Shown here one piece after another: positions 24,619 to 40,000 of a stretch of DNA of 64,000 nucleotides. The notes beneath the pieces were generated by a model. It did not search any database and was not told the origin of the DNA. It saw only the letters and a list, made by a program, of their open reading frames with translations. Position numbers and translations under genes: made by a program. This stretch comes from Balanoglossus misakiensis (taxonomy: Eukaryota > Animalia > Hemichordata): positions 868,001 through 932,000 of the forward strand of contig CM082582.2 in assembly GCA_040954595.2 (NCBI GenBank), in the 5' to 3' direction. The first letter of the stretch is position 1; each line of letters begins with the position of its first letter.

Positions 24619-27487
24619 TTGGTTTCGTCTGGGTTTTTCTGTCTTTCTTTCTTTATTCTTGGTTCCATTCTTTGGCCAACGAGATCTCAGACACCGCTGC
24701 AGGTACACTTCTCAAACTTGCTACAGTGGTCAAGGTCAATGAGTAGATGTGCAGTGACTTGTGAATACTTAATTAGTCACGTGACCTGGCGGCCATATTG
24801 GATTTTCTGAAAAAATGCAAATCTCAGATCTCAGAAACTACAAGTCAGATCGACTTCAAATTTGGCATGCAGGTAGACTACCTTGTACCCATCATTTTTG
24901 TAATTGGAAATTTTGCTATCAATGTTGCAGTTTTTTTGCTACAGTTGTTTTTCTGAAATCTGGCTTAAATTTCAAAAATCTTCTTCTCCAGAACCGGTGA
25001 TAACCGAGTCACGCAGTTTGGGGTATGTGGTCACCTAATTGATGTCTATCAAGTTTGCGAAGATCATTGTGATTGGTCGAAGATTATGGCGGCCATATTG
25101 GATTTTCGAAAAACCATAGTTAAACTCCAAAAATCTTCTTCTCCAGAACAGGCGATGACTGAGTCGCAAGATTCGGGGAGTGTGGTCACTACACTGATGT
25201 CTATCAAGTTTGCAAAGAGCATTGTGATTGGTCGAAGATTATGGCGGCCATATTGAATTTTGTAAAAAGCAGTGAAAAATTTAAATTCCTTTTTCTAGTC
25301 TAAAAATTGATAGCATACAAATTCTTTTTATGGATATCAATCGTCATATGACTACAATATGTTACAAATTTTTGGCGATTTTTCACATGACCTTTGACCT
25401 ACTTTTCACACATTATTATTTCAGCATATCTAATTCCAGGCTAACCTATAGGGCTAGACTTTTGGTTTTTGATGCATGTGGATTAGTGTGTGATCAAACT
25501 ATTTTGCTACTTTTCATGACCCCTTTGACCTATACTGACCTCATTAATTATGTGCATAGATAATTACAGGCGAACCAAGAGAGCTAGAGGTTTTGTTTTT
25601 GTTGGACATGGACCAGTATGGGATCAAAATTTTTTGCCCAAATTTGGGGTGACCTCTGGTGACCTTTGACCTACTTTCGCATATCTAAGCATCCAAAGCA
25701 GATACAGCCATGGCATTTGGCAGGGTGGGACCAAAATGTAAAGCCACATTTTTGGGTCACCTGTGACACCTGCTGACCTCATTAAATATGCACATACCTA
25801 ATTATAGGCGAACCAATAGAGCTAGAGTTTTGGTTTTTGTTTGACATGGACCAGTATGGGTCAAAAAAATTTGCCCAAATGTTGGGTGACCTCAGGTGAC
25901 CTTTGACCTACTTCACCCTATTTCAGCAGCAAAAATACACATGTCCTTGTTATGTCATGAGATAATACACCCGATAGAAAATTCTGTTTCTTCTCATTCA
26001 TACTGTGCATATATAATTCGAGATCAGCGCTTGGGCCCGACAATGCTGCTTGCAGCTTTAATTCTTTCTTTCTTTCTTTATTCTCCTGTCAATTCTTCGG
26101 CCAACGAGATCTCTGAAACTACTGCAGGTACACTGCTCAAACTTGCTACAGTGGTCAAGGTCAATGAGTAGATGTGCAGTGACTTGTGAATACTTAATTA
26201 GTCACGTGACCTGGCGGCCATATTGGATTTTCTGAAAAAATGCAAATCTCAGATCTCAGAAACTACAAGTCAGATCAACTTCAAATTTGGCATGCAGGTA
26301 GACTACCTTCTGCCCATCATTTTTGTAATCGGAAATTATGCTGTAAAAGTTGCAGTTTTTTTGCTACAATTTTTTTCCTGAAATCTGGCTTAAATTTCAA
26401 AAATCTTCTTCTCCAGAACCAGTGATAACCGAGTCACGGGGTTTGGGGTATGTGGTCACCTAACTGATGTCTATCAAGTTTGCGAAGATCATTGTGATTG
26501 GTCGAAGATTATGGCGGCCATATTGGATTTTCGAAAAACCATAGTTAAACTCCAAAAATCTTCTTCTCCAGAACGGGCGATGACTGAGTCGCAAGATTCG
26601 GGGAGTATGGTCACTACACTGATGTCTATCAAGTTTGCAAAGAGCATTGTGATTGGTCGAAGATTATGGCGGCCATATTGGATTTTGTAAAAAGCAGTGA
26701 AAAATTGAAATTCCTTTTTCTAGTCCAAAAATTGATAGCATACAAATTCTTTTTATGGATATCAATCGTCATGTGACTAAAATATGTTACAATTTTTTGG
26801 CGATTTTTCACATGACCTTTGACCTACTTATCACGCGTTATTATTTCTGCATATCTAATTCCAGGCTAACCTATAGGGCTAGACATTTGGCTTTTGATGA
26901 ATGTGGATTAGTGTGTGATCAAAATATTTTGCTACTTTTCATGACCCCTTTGACCTCTGCTGACCTCATTAATTATGTGCATAGCTAATTACAGGCGAAC
27001 CAATAGAGCTAGAGGTTTGGTTTTTGTTGGACATGGACCAGTATGGGATCAAAATTTTTTGCCCAAATGTTGGGTGACCTCTGGTGACCTTTGACCTACT
27101 TTCGCATATCTCAGCATCCAGAGCAGATACAACCATGGCATTTGGTAGGATGGGACCAAAATGTAAAGCCACATTTTTGGGTCACCTGTGACACCTGCTG
27201 ACCTCATTAAATATGCACATACCTAATTACAGGCGAACCAATAGAGCTAGAATTTTGGTTTTTGTTGGACATGGACCAGTATGGGTCAAAAAAATTGCCC
27301 AAATGTTGGGTGACCTCAGGTGACCTTTGACCTACTTCACCCTATTTCAGCAGCAAAAATACACACATCCTTGTTATGTCATGAGATAATACATCCAATA
27401 GAAAATTCTGTTTCTTCTCATTGATACTGTGCATATATAATTCAAGATCAGCGCTTGGGCCCGACAATGCTGCTCGCAGCTTTAATT
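24530..27487 (+). mobile_element. Second non-autonomous Helentron, interrupted by the copy at 24583-26063
   Basis: Left hairpin at 24532. The body resumes at ~26064 in the TTTC microsatellite (1425-bp offset). Right end GCGCTTGGGCCC at 27451-27462 and GCTGCTCGCAGC at 27469-27480. Confidence 0.75.
24583..26063 (+). mobile_element. Complete non-autonomous Helentron (HINE), innermost nested copy
   Basis: Left hairpin, (TTTC)n, body with ~156-bp and ~235-bp subrepeats, 3' subterminal inverted repeat GCGCTTGGGCCC (26027-26038), stem-loop GCTGC-TT-GCAGC (26045-26056), then TTTAATT. Confidence 0.8.
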
Positions 27488-30400
27488 CTTTCTTTTTTCT
27501 TGTGTCAATTCTTCGGCCAACGAGATCTCTGAAACTACTGCAGGTACAGTTCTCAAACTTGCTACAGTGTTCAAGGTCAATGAGTAGATGTGCAGTGACT
27601 TGTGAATAATTAATTAGTCACGTGACCTGGCGGCCATATTGGATTTTCTGAAAAAATGCAAATCTCAGATCTCAGAAACTACAAGTCAGATCGACTTCAA
27701 ATTTGGCATGCAGGTAGACTACCTTCTACCCATCATTTTTGTAATTGGAAATTTTGCTGTCAATGTTGCAGTTTTTTTGCTACAATTTTTTTTCTGAAAT
27801 CTGGCTTAAATTTCAAAAATCTTCTTCTCCAGAACCGGTGATAACCGAGACACGGGGTTTGGGGTATGTGGTCACCTAACTGATGTCTATCAAGTTTGCG
27901 AAGATCATTGTGATCGGTTGAAGATTATGGCGGCCATATTGGATTTTCAAAAAACCATAGTTAAACTCCAAAAATCTTCTTCTCCAGAACGGGCGATGAC
28001 TGAGTCGCAAGATTCGGGGAGTATGGTCACTACACTGATGTCTATCAAGTTTGCAAAGAGCATTGTGATTGGTCGAAGATTATGGCGGCCATATTGGATT
28101 TTGTAAAAAGCAGTGAAAAATTGAAATTCCTTTTTCTAGTCTAAAAATTGATAGCATACAAATTCTTTTAATGGATATCAATCGTCATGTGACTAAAATA
28201 TGTTACAATTTTTTGGCGATTTTTCACATGACCTTTGACCTATTTATCACGCGTTGTTATTTCTGCATATCTAATTCCAGGCTAACCTATAGGGCTAGAC
28301 GCTTGGTTTTTGATGAATGTGGATTAGTGTGTGATCAAAATATTTTGCTACTTTTCATGACCCCTTTGACCTCTGCTGAACTCATTAATTATGTGCATAG
28401 CTAATTACAGGCGAACCAATAGAGCTAGAGGTTTGGTTTTTGTTGGACATGGACCAGTATGGGATCAAAATTTTTTGCTCAAATGTTGCGTAACCTCTCG
28501 TGACCTTTGACCTACTTTCGCATATCTCAGCATCCAGAGCAGATACAGCCATGGCATTTGGTAGGATGGGACCAAAATGTATAGCCACATTTTTGGGTCA
28601 CCTGTGACATCTGCTGACCTCATAAAATATGCACATACCTAATTACAGGCAAACCAATAGAGTTAGAGGTTTGGTTTTTGTTAGACATGGACCAGTATGG
28701 GATCAAAATTTTTTGCCCAAATGCTGGGTGACCTCTGGTGACCTTTGACCTACTTTCTCGTATCTCAGCATCCAGAGCAGGTACAGCGTTGGCATTTGGC
28801 AGGATGGAACCAAAATGTAAAGCCACACATTTTTGGGTCACCTGTGACACCTGATGACCTCATTAAATATGCACATACCTAATTACAGGCTAACCAATAG
28901 ACCTAGAGTTTTGGTCTTTGTTAGACATGGACCAGTATGGGGTAAAACAATTTTGCCCATATTTCGAGTGACCTCGTGTGATCTTAGACCTAAATTTCGA
29001 TATTTTGGCATCCAGAGCAGGTACAGCTTTGGTGTTTGGAGGGGTTTGACCTGTAACACCTGCTTAACTCATTTATCATGTGCATACCTAATTCCAGGCG
29101 AACCAATTGGGCAACAGGTCTGTTTTTTGTTGGACATGGACCTGTATGGGGTCAAAACATTTTACCCGAATTTCGGTGACCTCAGGTGACCTACTTTCCC
29201 ATATCTCGGTATCCAGAGCAGGTACAGCCTTGATATTTTAAGGGAGGGAACACATGATGGAGTCATACACATGTGATCATTAATTTTGTGCATATATAAT
29301 TCCAGAAAACCAAATGAAGCTAGATGTTTGATTTTGTTGGACTCGGGCCAGCATGAGCTCAAACAATTTTGATGAAATCTTGGTGACCTCTGAGTTACCC
29401 TTCACTAACTGTCCCACATAGCTCATCTACAGTATATACAGCTTTGGCATTTAGAGTGGTGGTAATGGTGTTTTAGACTTTAACTCATTAACTGTGCACA
29501 TAGGTAATTCTAGGCTTACAAACAGAGCTAAAAGGCTGTGTTTTCTTGGACATGGAACAGTTTGGTATCAAAAATTTTTTGAGGAAATCTGGGTAACCTA
29601 TGTGTGACCTTTGACCTATTTGAGCACATCTCGGCATCTAGAGCAGATATATCCTTGGCATTTGTAGGTTGGAGGACCTGATGGAGTCTTGCACTTTGTA
29701 CACACCTTATTTTAGGCCAATTGATAGGGCTAGAAGTCCTTGTTGTGGACATGCACAAGAATTGGGAGAAAGTTTTTGACAAAACAATTAGGTGACCTTG
29801 GAGTGACCTATCACCTATATTCTCATCACAGCATCCAGAACAGATGCAGCCTTGTCATTTTGAGTGATGGAGACCTACAGTTTATACACACACCTTATTC
29901 CTGGCAAAGCAAAAGGTTAAAAGTCTGGTTTATGTTGGACATGTGCCCCATTCTTGGATCAAAACATTTTGACACATTCTGTTTGACCATCCGATGATCC
30001 CACACTGACTTAACCATCTCCAGGTATCTTTTACCTCGTAATTTGTATGCATGGCAAATTGGGGTTAACTAAATAGGACAAGTATGGAACAAATCTATTT
30101 CACAACATTTTGCTGACCTTTCTTTGATCTACTTTACCATACCATGGTTTCCAGAGCATCTTCCAAATCAGATTCTATGTACAGAGTACACAGAACAAAG
30201 GAAATCAGACACAGAAATTATGTTTTGAGTGGTCAGTGACCTATAATGTACACTTTAGTTCAGATATGATTACAGTAAAAGGCTTCTGCCAAACGGTAAT
30301 GATATAACTAATGGCAGGTTTTGTATCAGAAAAAAAATACAGAAAACAATCATAATATTACTTGTAAATTATTGCAATGAAGAAATACACAATGTGTGTA

Positions 30401-33400
30401 AATGGCCTACTATACAAATGAATAAGTAATATGTTCACAAACCCATTTAATTCTTATACACAGTGAATTGGTGTAATAATGTTTCTGATTTTTTATAATT
30501 TACTATTCCTTTCAGAGCATAATTTACATGTCAAATAGCAATGACAGAAATAAACATCAATAATAATCTCACAACATGGTTGTGTACAAGCCTTAATTGC
30601 ACATTATTTGTTGAACGCTTAAAGTTTATGTTTCTTTGTGATATCAAGGTTAGAGGGAATACTTTCATAAAGTCACTTACTGTGCACTATAATGGCAGTG
30701 CATAATCTTAAAAAAACTCCGAAATAACCAATTTGCTGTACTAAATGTGGTGATTTTATGTTTCAAGATGAAATGAAGAACTTGCACCAAAATCTACTTC
30801 ATTTGACAAATAAACATTGCCACAGCAGTGTATAATAGAGCTGTTTCGGTACATGAAAGTTATCCACAATCAGATTTCATTTTAATCCCCATATGGTCTT
30901 AGCGTTTCTGCAACTCTAGCTATATGGAGTTATGCATGGAAAAAAGTTTACTCAACAGTGAATAACTGTGTAGACACCATAAATCACTTAACTGAAGGTG
31001 CAATCTTGTCTGTCTACAAGCAATACAAGATATTGAGTACAGTTCACCAATATTTAAACACGTTTTAAATAGTCAAAGAACATTAAATGTTTGTTATATT
31101 AGACAAAGTAGCTAAATATGAGAGACTGTGTCTCATTAAAGCACTACATCTATACATGACAAGAAATATTATATATTTGTCACATTTATTATTAAGGAGG
31201 CATAGACACCCAAAATCTTTTACAACACATGCATGCTGACTGTGAACTTCAATAAACAATTGCTGAAGCCTAGGCAACATATGATAGTGATATAAATAAA
31301 GTCACATAACAAACATGTATATCAAATGCAGATATTACTGTTTGTAAATATTTGCCAGCTTTCTTTTTATGTAGATAACATGATTGGTTTTGATACAGTT
31401 CCCTACTAGATGACGATGACATTATGATTATTCTATTCTATTCATCACGCAATAGAAAATAGTCCAATAACATGTCATTCCTAACATCCCAGGGTAAAGG
31501 TGGCGCTTGCTGAAGAGCTCATGAGTTGGCCTATGTCCGTGTATCACACTCATATTCTCAGACACACAATCTTCTCAAAGTGATCAAATTAATTTTGTCA
31601 CTTATGGATAAGGCTTTTTCCAGTTTATAGTCTATTACATTTGAATGCCATACCTGTAGTACTTTAGGTGAATGATATAAACACAATGAATGTACTGTTT
31701 GAGTTGTCTCATTGGTTCATTTTGTGTTTAATACTATATCAGGAACTGATAATTGCATTCAGTTTTTTTTATTATGGAGTTGTTGGTGTTATACAAGATG
31801 CAGCAATCAAGTCGGTGCAGTGTTTGATTTCAGACTTCGGTTCCTCATAGACAATCACAAGGTGAAGATGATGCACCTTGTCACAGACAAATTGAACATA
31901 CCAAATAAAGTGTACATCCTATTGTTAAAATACACTATCTTCCACATTGTATACACATGTAATGTTATAACTCTTGATGCATTATTAAATACAGATGTGG
32001 CAAGAATTACACTGGCATAATAATAAGGCTTCTTCACCATAAGCAATAACATAAATTTATCCTGCTGTATCCCCTTTAACTGCAACACCTTTAGAAATGT
32101 TTACTTTGGCTTAAAATGCCATTCACAGGATTAAATCATTAACTATGGTTAATTCATGATCACGGCACCACTTTGTACTCTTAATTATAACTGAAGTTTA
32201 CAATTTCCAACATCAAATATTTGAGATTTTGTTCAAATATAAAAAAAATGACTCAAAATTAATATCTGTTTTGAATTATTAATGGACAGAAGCATGTTTG
32301 GCAATAAACTTTAGAATGTCAAACACTTCAATCAATGTTCTAATAATAGCAACTATGTTGATATAAAATCAATAATTCTAAAATACTAAACAGACATAAT
32401 GTTCTTGGAGAATAAAATTACAATTTCAAACATTACAAGTAAAATTCTAACACAAACACTATATTGACTCACAATTTATAATAATTACCATTAATTATTT
32501 GACGGTCACAACCATGTTCAATGAGAAATGTATCAATATCAAAGATTACAATTAATGTTATAATGAAAATATCTATGTCACTAAAAATGCCCAAAAAACA
32601 GAAACTTATTTTCGAGTGCAATGTCAATTAATTTTTTTTGTATTAATGTCATAATGAAGAAAAATATCTTCAATAAAAATAAATATTTACAACAGTGTAT
32701 CTTGTCTTATGTATCTTGTGGTAGAATATCATGAATACACCATACTGCACATCATTACAGGCAGAGGAATTATGTAGTCTATACTGGGCCTGCATACAGA
32801 AACAACAGAAAATTGTTCATACAATACAGAATGGCCTATTCTACAATGATATTATACATGTATTGTAATTTCATCCTTTTTAGCCAGCAATTTGATCAGT
32901 AAAACTTTCTGAGAAAAAGGCCATTTGAACAAAAGAATGTCAATTGCCCTAAAAAACACTGGACCTTTTTATATGGATTTTGCATAAATATAAAATACCA
33001 CCATTACATACAAACATACATATATACATACATGTGTATGTCATGCATGCATGCATGCATGACACAGACAAATAGACAAATATACAGGCAGATAAGCCGC
33101 TAGACAAGTAGATAGCTTGTATTAATTACCCAATCTTCCCCCAGAGTTTATACCTTCTTCAGAAAGAAATATTTTCATGCTCCAAATTATTTGCAGTTGT
33201 TGTATCGTTACCTTATCGTTACATTACCGAAAGCATTCTGAGGGTCAGTATTACTTTGGTAAGGTAAATACATGTATTGAAAATGTTGGTTTAAGCTTTC
33301 TCACATTATGATTATTGCAGGGAAAATTATTGGCTGCTGTCAAAATTCTCTGGCATATAAGTATATTAAGGCAGTTGTACGACATGTACATAATAATTTT

Positions 33401-34081
33401 ACAGAGCATGAAGACCCACTGCAAAATTTATTTCAACAGTAACAATCATGGACATGCTACAGAATTTAATTTACCAGGAAATAGTTGCTTAGAAAAACAG
33501 TTTTCCCAACAGCTGTATCTATTTTAAATTCAAGTTTCATTCTTTCTTACTTTTATCTAATGCTGCAGATGTGGTCTTCAACATGTTGTCTTTTATTGTG
33601 TATGTTTACATTGTTATCAAAATGTAATATCCTGAATTTAGAACTGATTAATTAGCCTGAAGAAAATGTTCACACCTCTCGTTGACACTAAAGTATTTGA
33701 ATTGAATATTGATATACCCCAGGATCCAGTACAAGTACATTTAACCTCATGCTTGCTTGTTTTGCTTTTATCTAGTCTCATTCCCAGACCTCGTTGCTAT
33801 ACCTGTACAACCCAGTGTGCAACTGGCAGTATGACCAGGCAAGGAGCGCAGCGACAAGCACAAGTCGCCCGCCAAATCAGATCACGTGCCTGGTCATGAC
33901 CTACCACAAGAGGCACTTGCTTTGTCTTGGTGCAGCAACAAGGTCTGGTACCATCACTCAGCTTCTTGGTTACAAAGGCCATTATTGAATCATGTACCTG
34001 AATGAGGTTTTTCCTCGTGCCGGGTTATTTCTTTATTTTTCTAATAATACTTATTTTATTGCAAATCACAAGTCTAAATTA

Positions 34082-37000
34082 TTATATTTTGATGCTTATT
34101 GCTTCATGAAAGCTGAAGTATTTTTGTACAACATTTACTAAGACATTTCCTATACCTTTCACATACACATGGTCAATCAATGTATTAGCTTCTGTAGTTG
34201 GTTCACTAACATATTGTCTGAAACCATAATCCCCCATTAACTTTACAAGTGATGACCGAGTCAAGATATCTTCATTGAAATCACCCATGATCAGTTTGCC
34301 TCCTGGGTATTTTTCCATTGCTTTCACCAAACAAACCAAACTATTTTTGAATACCTCTACTTTGTATGATGGTGGTCTGTAAACTACAGCTACTGTTACA
34401 TTTATTTTAGCGACATAAAATGAAACACATTCTAAATTACACACACCCAAATGCAAAATTTCAAAATCATTACATACTTTGCTATAGACTCCAACACCAC
34501 CCCGCTGTTGCAATTGTAGACTTGTTGTATTTGTATCAAATTGATTGTAGGATTGAGATCGTGGTTGGTGATTGAATTCGAATCCGCTCAATTGCAAATT
34601 ACAATGTGTCCCTTTTTCAGATAACCATGTCTCCGTCAAGCAAATGAAGTCTGCTTCCAAATATTCACTGTCATTGCAAATATCTTTAATATGATTGACA
34701 AGTCCCTCAACATTATGCAATACAAATGAGCATGTATAATTACTGTGTTCTTTCTGAGTACACCTGGATAGAAACTTTGGCATTGTTTCCAGGGCTTCTT
34801 GGACCTTTTCATTGCAATATATGGATGATTTGTTAAAGTCATTAATAATGAGACCATCTAATGATGTCACCCGACTCAATGCCACATATGCCTGTCCTGG
34901 TGCAAACATCTTCTTTAAACTGAGAACAGCTTTTTCAACTGTCAATCCCTGTACTTTGTGAACTGTACATGCCCAAGCTAGTTTTAAAGGAAACTGCCTC
35001 CTAATACCACCATTACTTGCAACAGACATTTCCTGAGGTTCTATGGGGGTACTGTTTACTGGCAGGTCAGATGTAGACTTCTTTTTACGCAATCCTTGGC
35101 CAACTTTCTCATTATCAAATACAACATAAATGGCAGCTGGGAATTTTTTATTTCGTATTACTGCAATGTGACATACTGTGCCAAATACGCCATTCACCAA
35201 ACCATCAGCCACATCAATATTATGCGTCAATTGGACTCGTGCACCAACAGCTAGAGTGAGAGTCTTTGGCAAAGTTGTCCTGTACACTTTGACATGGTGA
35301 CCTTCCTTTTTTTCTAGTCTTCCAGTTTTAGGATTCCTGCTAAAATCTTCTGCTTCAATACAGACAGGATCAGAACATTGAGAATGAAGCATTTCAACAT
35401 TACAGCTATTAACCTCTGCATTTGTAGCAAAAATATGCATTGCCTCAGATGTCTCACCAGTAACACACTTTTGTAACATTGCCACATCACCAGGATTTAG
35501 TGTGTCTCCTTTTTTATGAACTCTTACCCGATTTAGCGCCTCTGCAAATGCACAGTCCTTCTGTCTCATTACTTCTGTTAGTTCTATGATGCTGAAATTA
35601 TCATTCCACAGATTGACGGATTGATGGTCTATGCACAGTGGACTTGCTTTTACAGGTGGAAGTTGATAAAAATCACCTACAGCAATAACACACACATTCC
35701 CAAATGGTGAATCAGCAGATGACTGTTTGATTTGTCGTAGTCTTCCATGAACGTAGTACAATAACTTTTTGTCTACCATAGAAATCTCATCTATTATCAA
35801 AATTTGAAGGTTACCAAACTTGCAACGAAGAGTATTCAGCTTTTCTTCACGTAGTGGCTGATATGGCAACTTTGAGTCAACTGCTATGGAGAATATATGA
35901 TGGAGAGTTGTTCCTTGTATATTGAATGCTGCGACTCCGGTTGGTGCAGTTAAAGCAATAGAAATTCCATCAATATCTGGCATTGCACGAGCTAGAATTC
36001 GTTTAGCTTCATGATATATGGTTTTGATTAAGTGACTTTTCCCAGTACCAGCACCACCAGTGACAAACAGATAAAAGGGTTCTGGATTCTTGCCATTGCT
36101 TTTGTCCAAACACCACTTCCTGACAGTGTAAAACACTTCTGCTTGTTTCTTGTTCAACGATCTACACATTGCTTCAACCTCATATTTCTTCATTGAATTT
36201 GAAATTTCTACATGGCAATCATCACCTTTGTGTTTCTGTACCAAATCTGGAATATCATCGTCATCTATGTGATCATCATCACAGCACTTCTTACCTTCTT
36301 CAATACATTCTGATCGTTCTAATTCACTTTCTGGACACAATTGAGCCCATGCATCTTCAAGAGGTCCATTCTCTCCAAGAATTTGTTCAGCTGCATCAAT
36401 AGCCTCAGCCTCGGTTTCAAATAATGCTTTATTGGCATCTACGATCACTTTAACCTTTTCTAAAGAAGCAGAGCCACATTTCACGGCACCAAGCCAATAA
36501 AAATCCTCATACGATTCAAATCCACTAGGTTTCAGTTGTGATTCAGTTCGGTATGGGAGAAAAAGTTGTAATATACTGCCATAATGCTTCTCTGGATATT
36601 TGGTAACAGAAAATCGTGCATATCGAACAACAGCCCCATCACTTCTAGATCTTTTCTGCATGTAACCAACATCATTTTTCAACGTCACTATTGGACTGCG
36701 GCGTTTGTCATTACTCACATTTTTCATTTCTGATTTTGAGACCACTCTGTATTCTGAACAAAATGTTGCAAGACACATGTTGTCGAAATCTACACCATTT
36801 GGTCTGTTCTTGTACCTGTCTACAATGCTATTCATCCATATCTCCTCCTCGTCTAAATCATCACCTTTCATTTTCTTCTGTATTACAGTCAATGGCAAAC
36901 TCATTTTGATTGGATTTTCTCCTGTTGGAATAAACTGAACTTTTCGTGATGATTGTTTCAGTTTCAAACCACATACCCTATACACAGCTTCCTGGGCACA

Positions 37001-40000
37001 AATTTCCCTGTTGTGCAGATATACACCACCTAACTCTTTCATGGCAGACTTTGCATCCATATTTCCTTCTTTGTTAGCCTCTTTCTGTGCATGTTCCAAG
37101 AGTAAACCCATTTCTCTTTCGGCCTTAGAGATGTATGAAACAATGTACACAACACAGGCATATGCATCCACAACAAACTGAATGTCCATATTTGCATTCC
37201 AGCAACGGAGAAGGTTGGCATTATATTGGTTTACCCAGACATCACTTGGCTCACGTTTTAGAACTACACTTGTTTTCTTTGCCAACATTGCATGTGCTTC
37301 CTCAAACATCTCTTGTGATATTCCGACAGCATTGAACAAATCATCAATACTTTCAATTGTTTTCTCTTTGTCACACAGGCATGTCCAAACTTGTTCTAAA
37401 ATGTGTCTAGCCTTTATCTCACCTAATGTTGTATCATCCAACTGAGGCAAATCAATTTCAAATTCATTTTTCTGTGCTGTTGTGACCTCAGCATCCATAC
37501 AATTCCCATCATCATCTATCACTTCTATACCAGTATCTACCGTTATGCTTACATAAGGACGGCATAGAAAGGTTTTCTCTGAAGGTGGTCGGGGAAAGTT
37601 GAATCTACATGAAGTACCCTTTTTCTTGCAAGATTTTGAATGCCTTGAGCTGTGTTTCTGGACAGTGTTAACAATGTCGTTTAATTCCTCATCCTCCTCA
37701 ACGGAAGGCATTTTACATGTTACGTATGTGTCAACAAAATCAACTACATCTTCATCAGAATCTTTGTCCACTTTTGGTGCATTTTCAACCCAAAATAAAC
37801 AGTGAGTGTGCGGTGATCCACGCTGTTGAAACTCAACTCGATAAAAATAATCTTTTACCTTACCAATAGGACTAGCTGGTGACATAATTACATCAGTCAA
37901 AAAACAATGAAATCTGTGATCAAACATTCTTGCTGCTGTCACAGGGTTGCGTCTCAAGATACCACACTTTTCAGACCAATCGAGATCCTCAACATTACGT
38001 ACGTCTCCTTCTTCACGAAGTATAGTCTCAACAACCTCTTTCCACCTTAAGTCAGCAGCAGAAAATGAGCAGAACCATGTTGGTATACCTAACTGTCTGA
38101 TCATTGCAAACAAATCTTTCTGTGTGGCCTGCCAATAAGGGGGAGTTCCTCTTACAGGTTTCAGAAACTTATAACCTTCATCACACTTTAAAATCTCTTT
38201 CAAAGAATCCCCATTAGTCAGAACATCAGATGTCACCTTTTTGCCACAAGCGTTGGCAGTACCTTTTCTCAAAGCAATTGACACATTTGATACAACCTGG
38301 TCAAGTTCTGAACGATATTGTGCATAAAATATATAGTCTGTGCTTCTGGCAAACCTGTTGCTTGCATTCATTAGACGACTTTGCAGGTATCGTCCTATTG
38401 TTATCTTAACCTCTCGGTCATCGTGAAATGTTGGTGATCCAGTTGGGAATATCACAGGAAAGCACTTCGCTTCATTGAACTTTTCCATCAAAACTCTAAC
38501 AGGTTTATTATCCTCACCAGGAGCAACACAAGCGATATCATCAAAGTGATAATCAAGAATATCCTGACCTATGTCAACTGGTTGAAAGCATGTGTCCATG
38601 AATATTCCATTAGTATCTCTATCAGGCTCATTTCCATCTTCTTTGTCTGACGCAACAACATTCTCTTCAGTATCTGAAGTTTTTCCCTCGGTGTTTTCAT
38701 TACCTTCACAAACAATTTTTTCTTCAATCTTTTCAAGAGTATTTTCCCAAGTGAGATTAAATTTTACATCACTATACCACATGTTATTTTTCTGTAGGTA
38801 TTCCAGTGCATTTTGAATGCGTCCTTTGTTTACAAAGTGATACTCATAACAGCCTTTATAACTTAATTTACGCTTTAATTTCACTTTTATCATCTGGTCA
38901 TCCAATTCACCTCTAGGCAAAATACTTGTGGCTTTTTCTATATTAGATGGAACACACACAACTGGTCCATGAACACCATTTTGTCCACCTCTTGGTAGTG
39001 CCATCATTTTCATGAAAGGAATATGCAGTGCAATTAAATGTTGCTCTAACGAATTCAGACATTTCAATTCATTAGGTATTGGTTTGACATCAAGATTGTT
39101 TGCAGCAGCTTGAACAGGCATCTCTGCACGCAAGAGTTTGCTATGGCATGTGTGACAAATCCATAATTTACTGGCTGCACTGCTCTTAAGTGGACAATCA
39201 ATGATACATAATTCACTACAGTTGTGTACATAATCTTGTGTTATGCATTTGTTGGCATTCATTTCACAGAGACCTCCTTTAGAGACATAGTTATCCACCT
39301 TACAAACAAGGACCTGCTTTCTAAAAAGTCTACGGTGACAAACTGAACACACACAATTTGGCCCAACTGAAGTCTGATTCCTAAAATCAATTACAACAGA
39401 CTCTATATTTTCCTTCTCAATCTTATTCACTTTCCTCACACTACGCCTCCTCTCCAATACAGTTTCTTTATAATCTTGATCCTGTTGGTATCGTACCAAA
39501 CATTGGTTTCTTTTATGTCTTTGAAAGTCCTGATTTTTGTTATACTTTTCAAGAAATTGTGCCGCACAACGACTCTTTTTGTCTTCTCGGAACTGAAGAT
39601 CTGTTTTGTACTTCTCAGCACATTCTGCTGCACTTTTACCCTTCTTGTATTCACGGAACTTCTGATCTGTTTTGTATTTCTCGCCACATACTGCTGCACT
39701 CAGACTCTTCTTGTGCTCTCTGTATAGTGGGACTTTTTCATATTTTGCTACACATTGTTCTGCATACATAGTTTTCTGTGCTTCACGAAACACTAGGTCA
39801 CAATCATACCTCTCAGCAAGTCTACGTTTTTTGTTCTCTCTATACAGTACATTTTCATGATATCTCTTTCTACTATCTGATTTTATGTTGTCTCTATATT
39901 CAGAATTAGTCTGATAACATTCATGTTGTTTAGCTGCTTTAGATCTCTTCACACTATTGCATACATTTAATTTATTCACTTTAGTTTTTTCACTACCATA

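Noticed and set aside
24815-29997. Repeated short ORFs (MQISDLRNYK..., MDINRH...)
   Set aside because: They recur only because the non-coding HINE body is triplicated.
30000-34050. Possible small minus-strand exons downstream of RepHel
   Set aside because: Scattered splice-like signals, but no consistent reading frame could be assembled.
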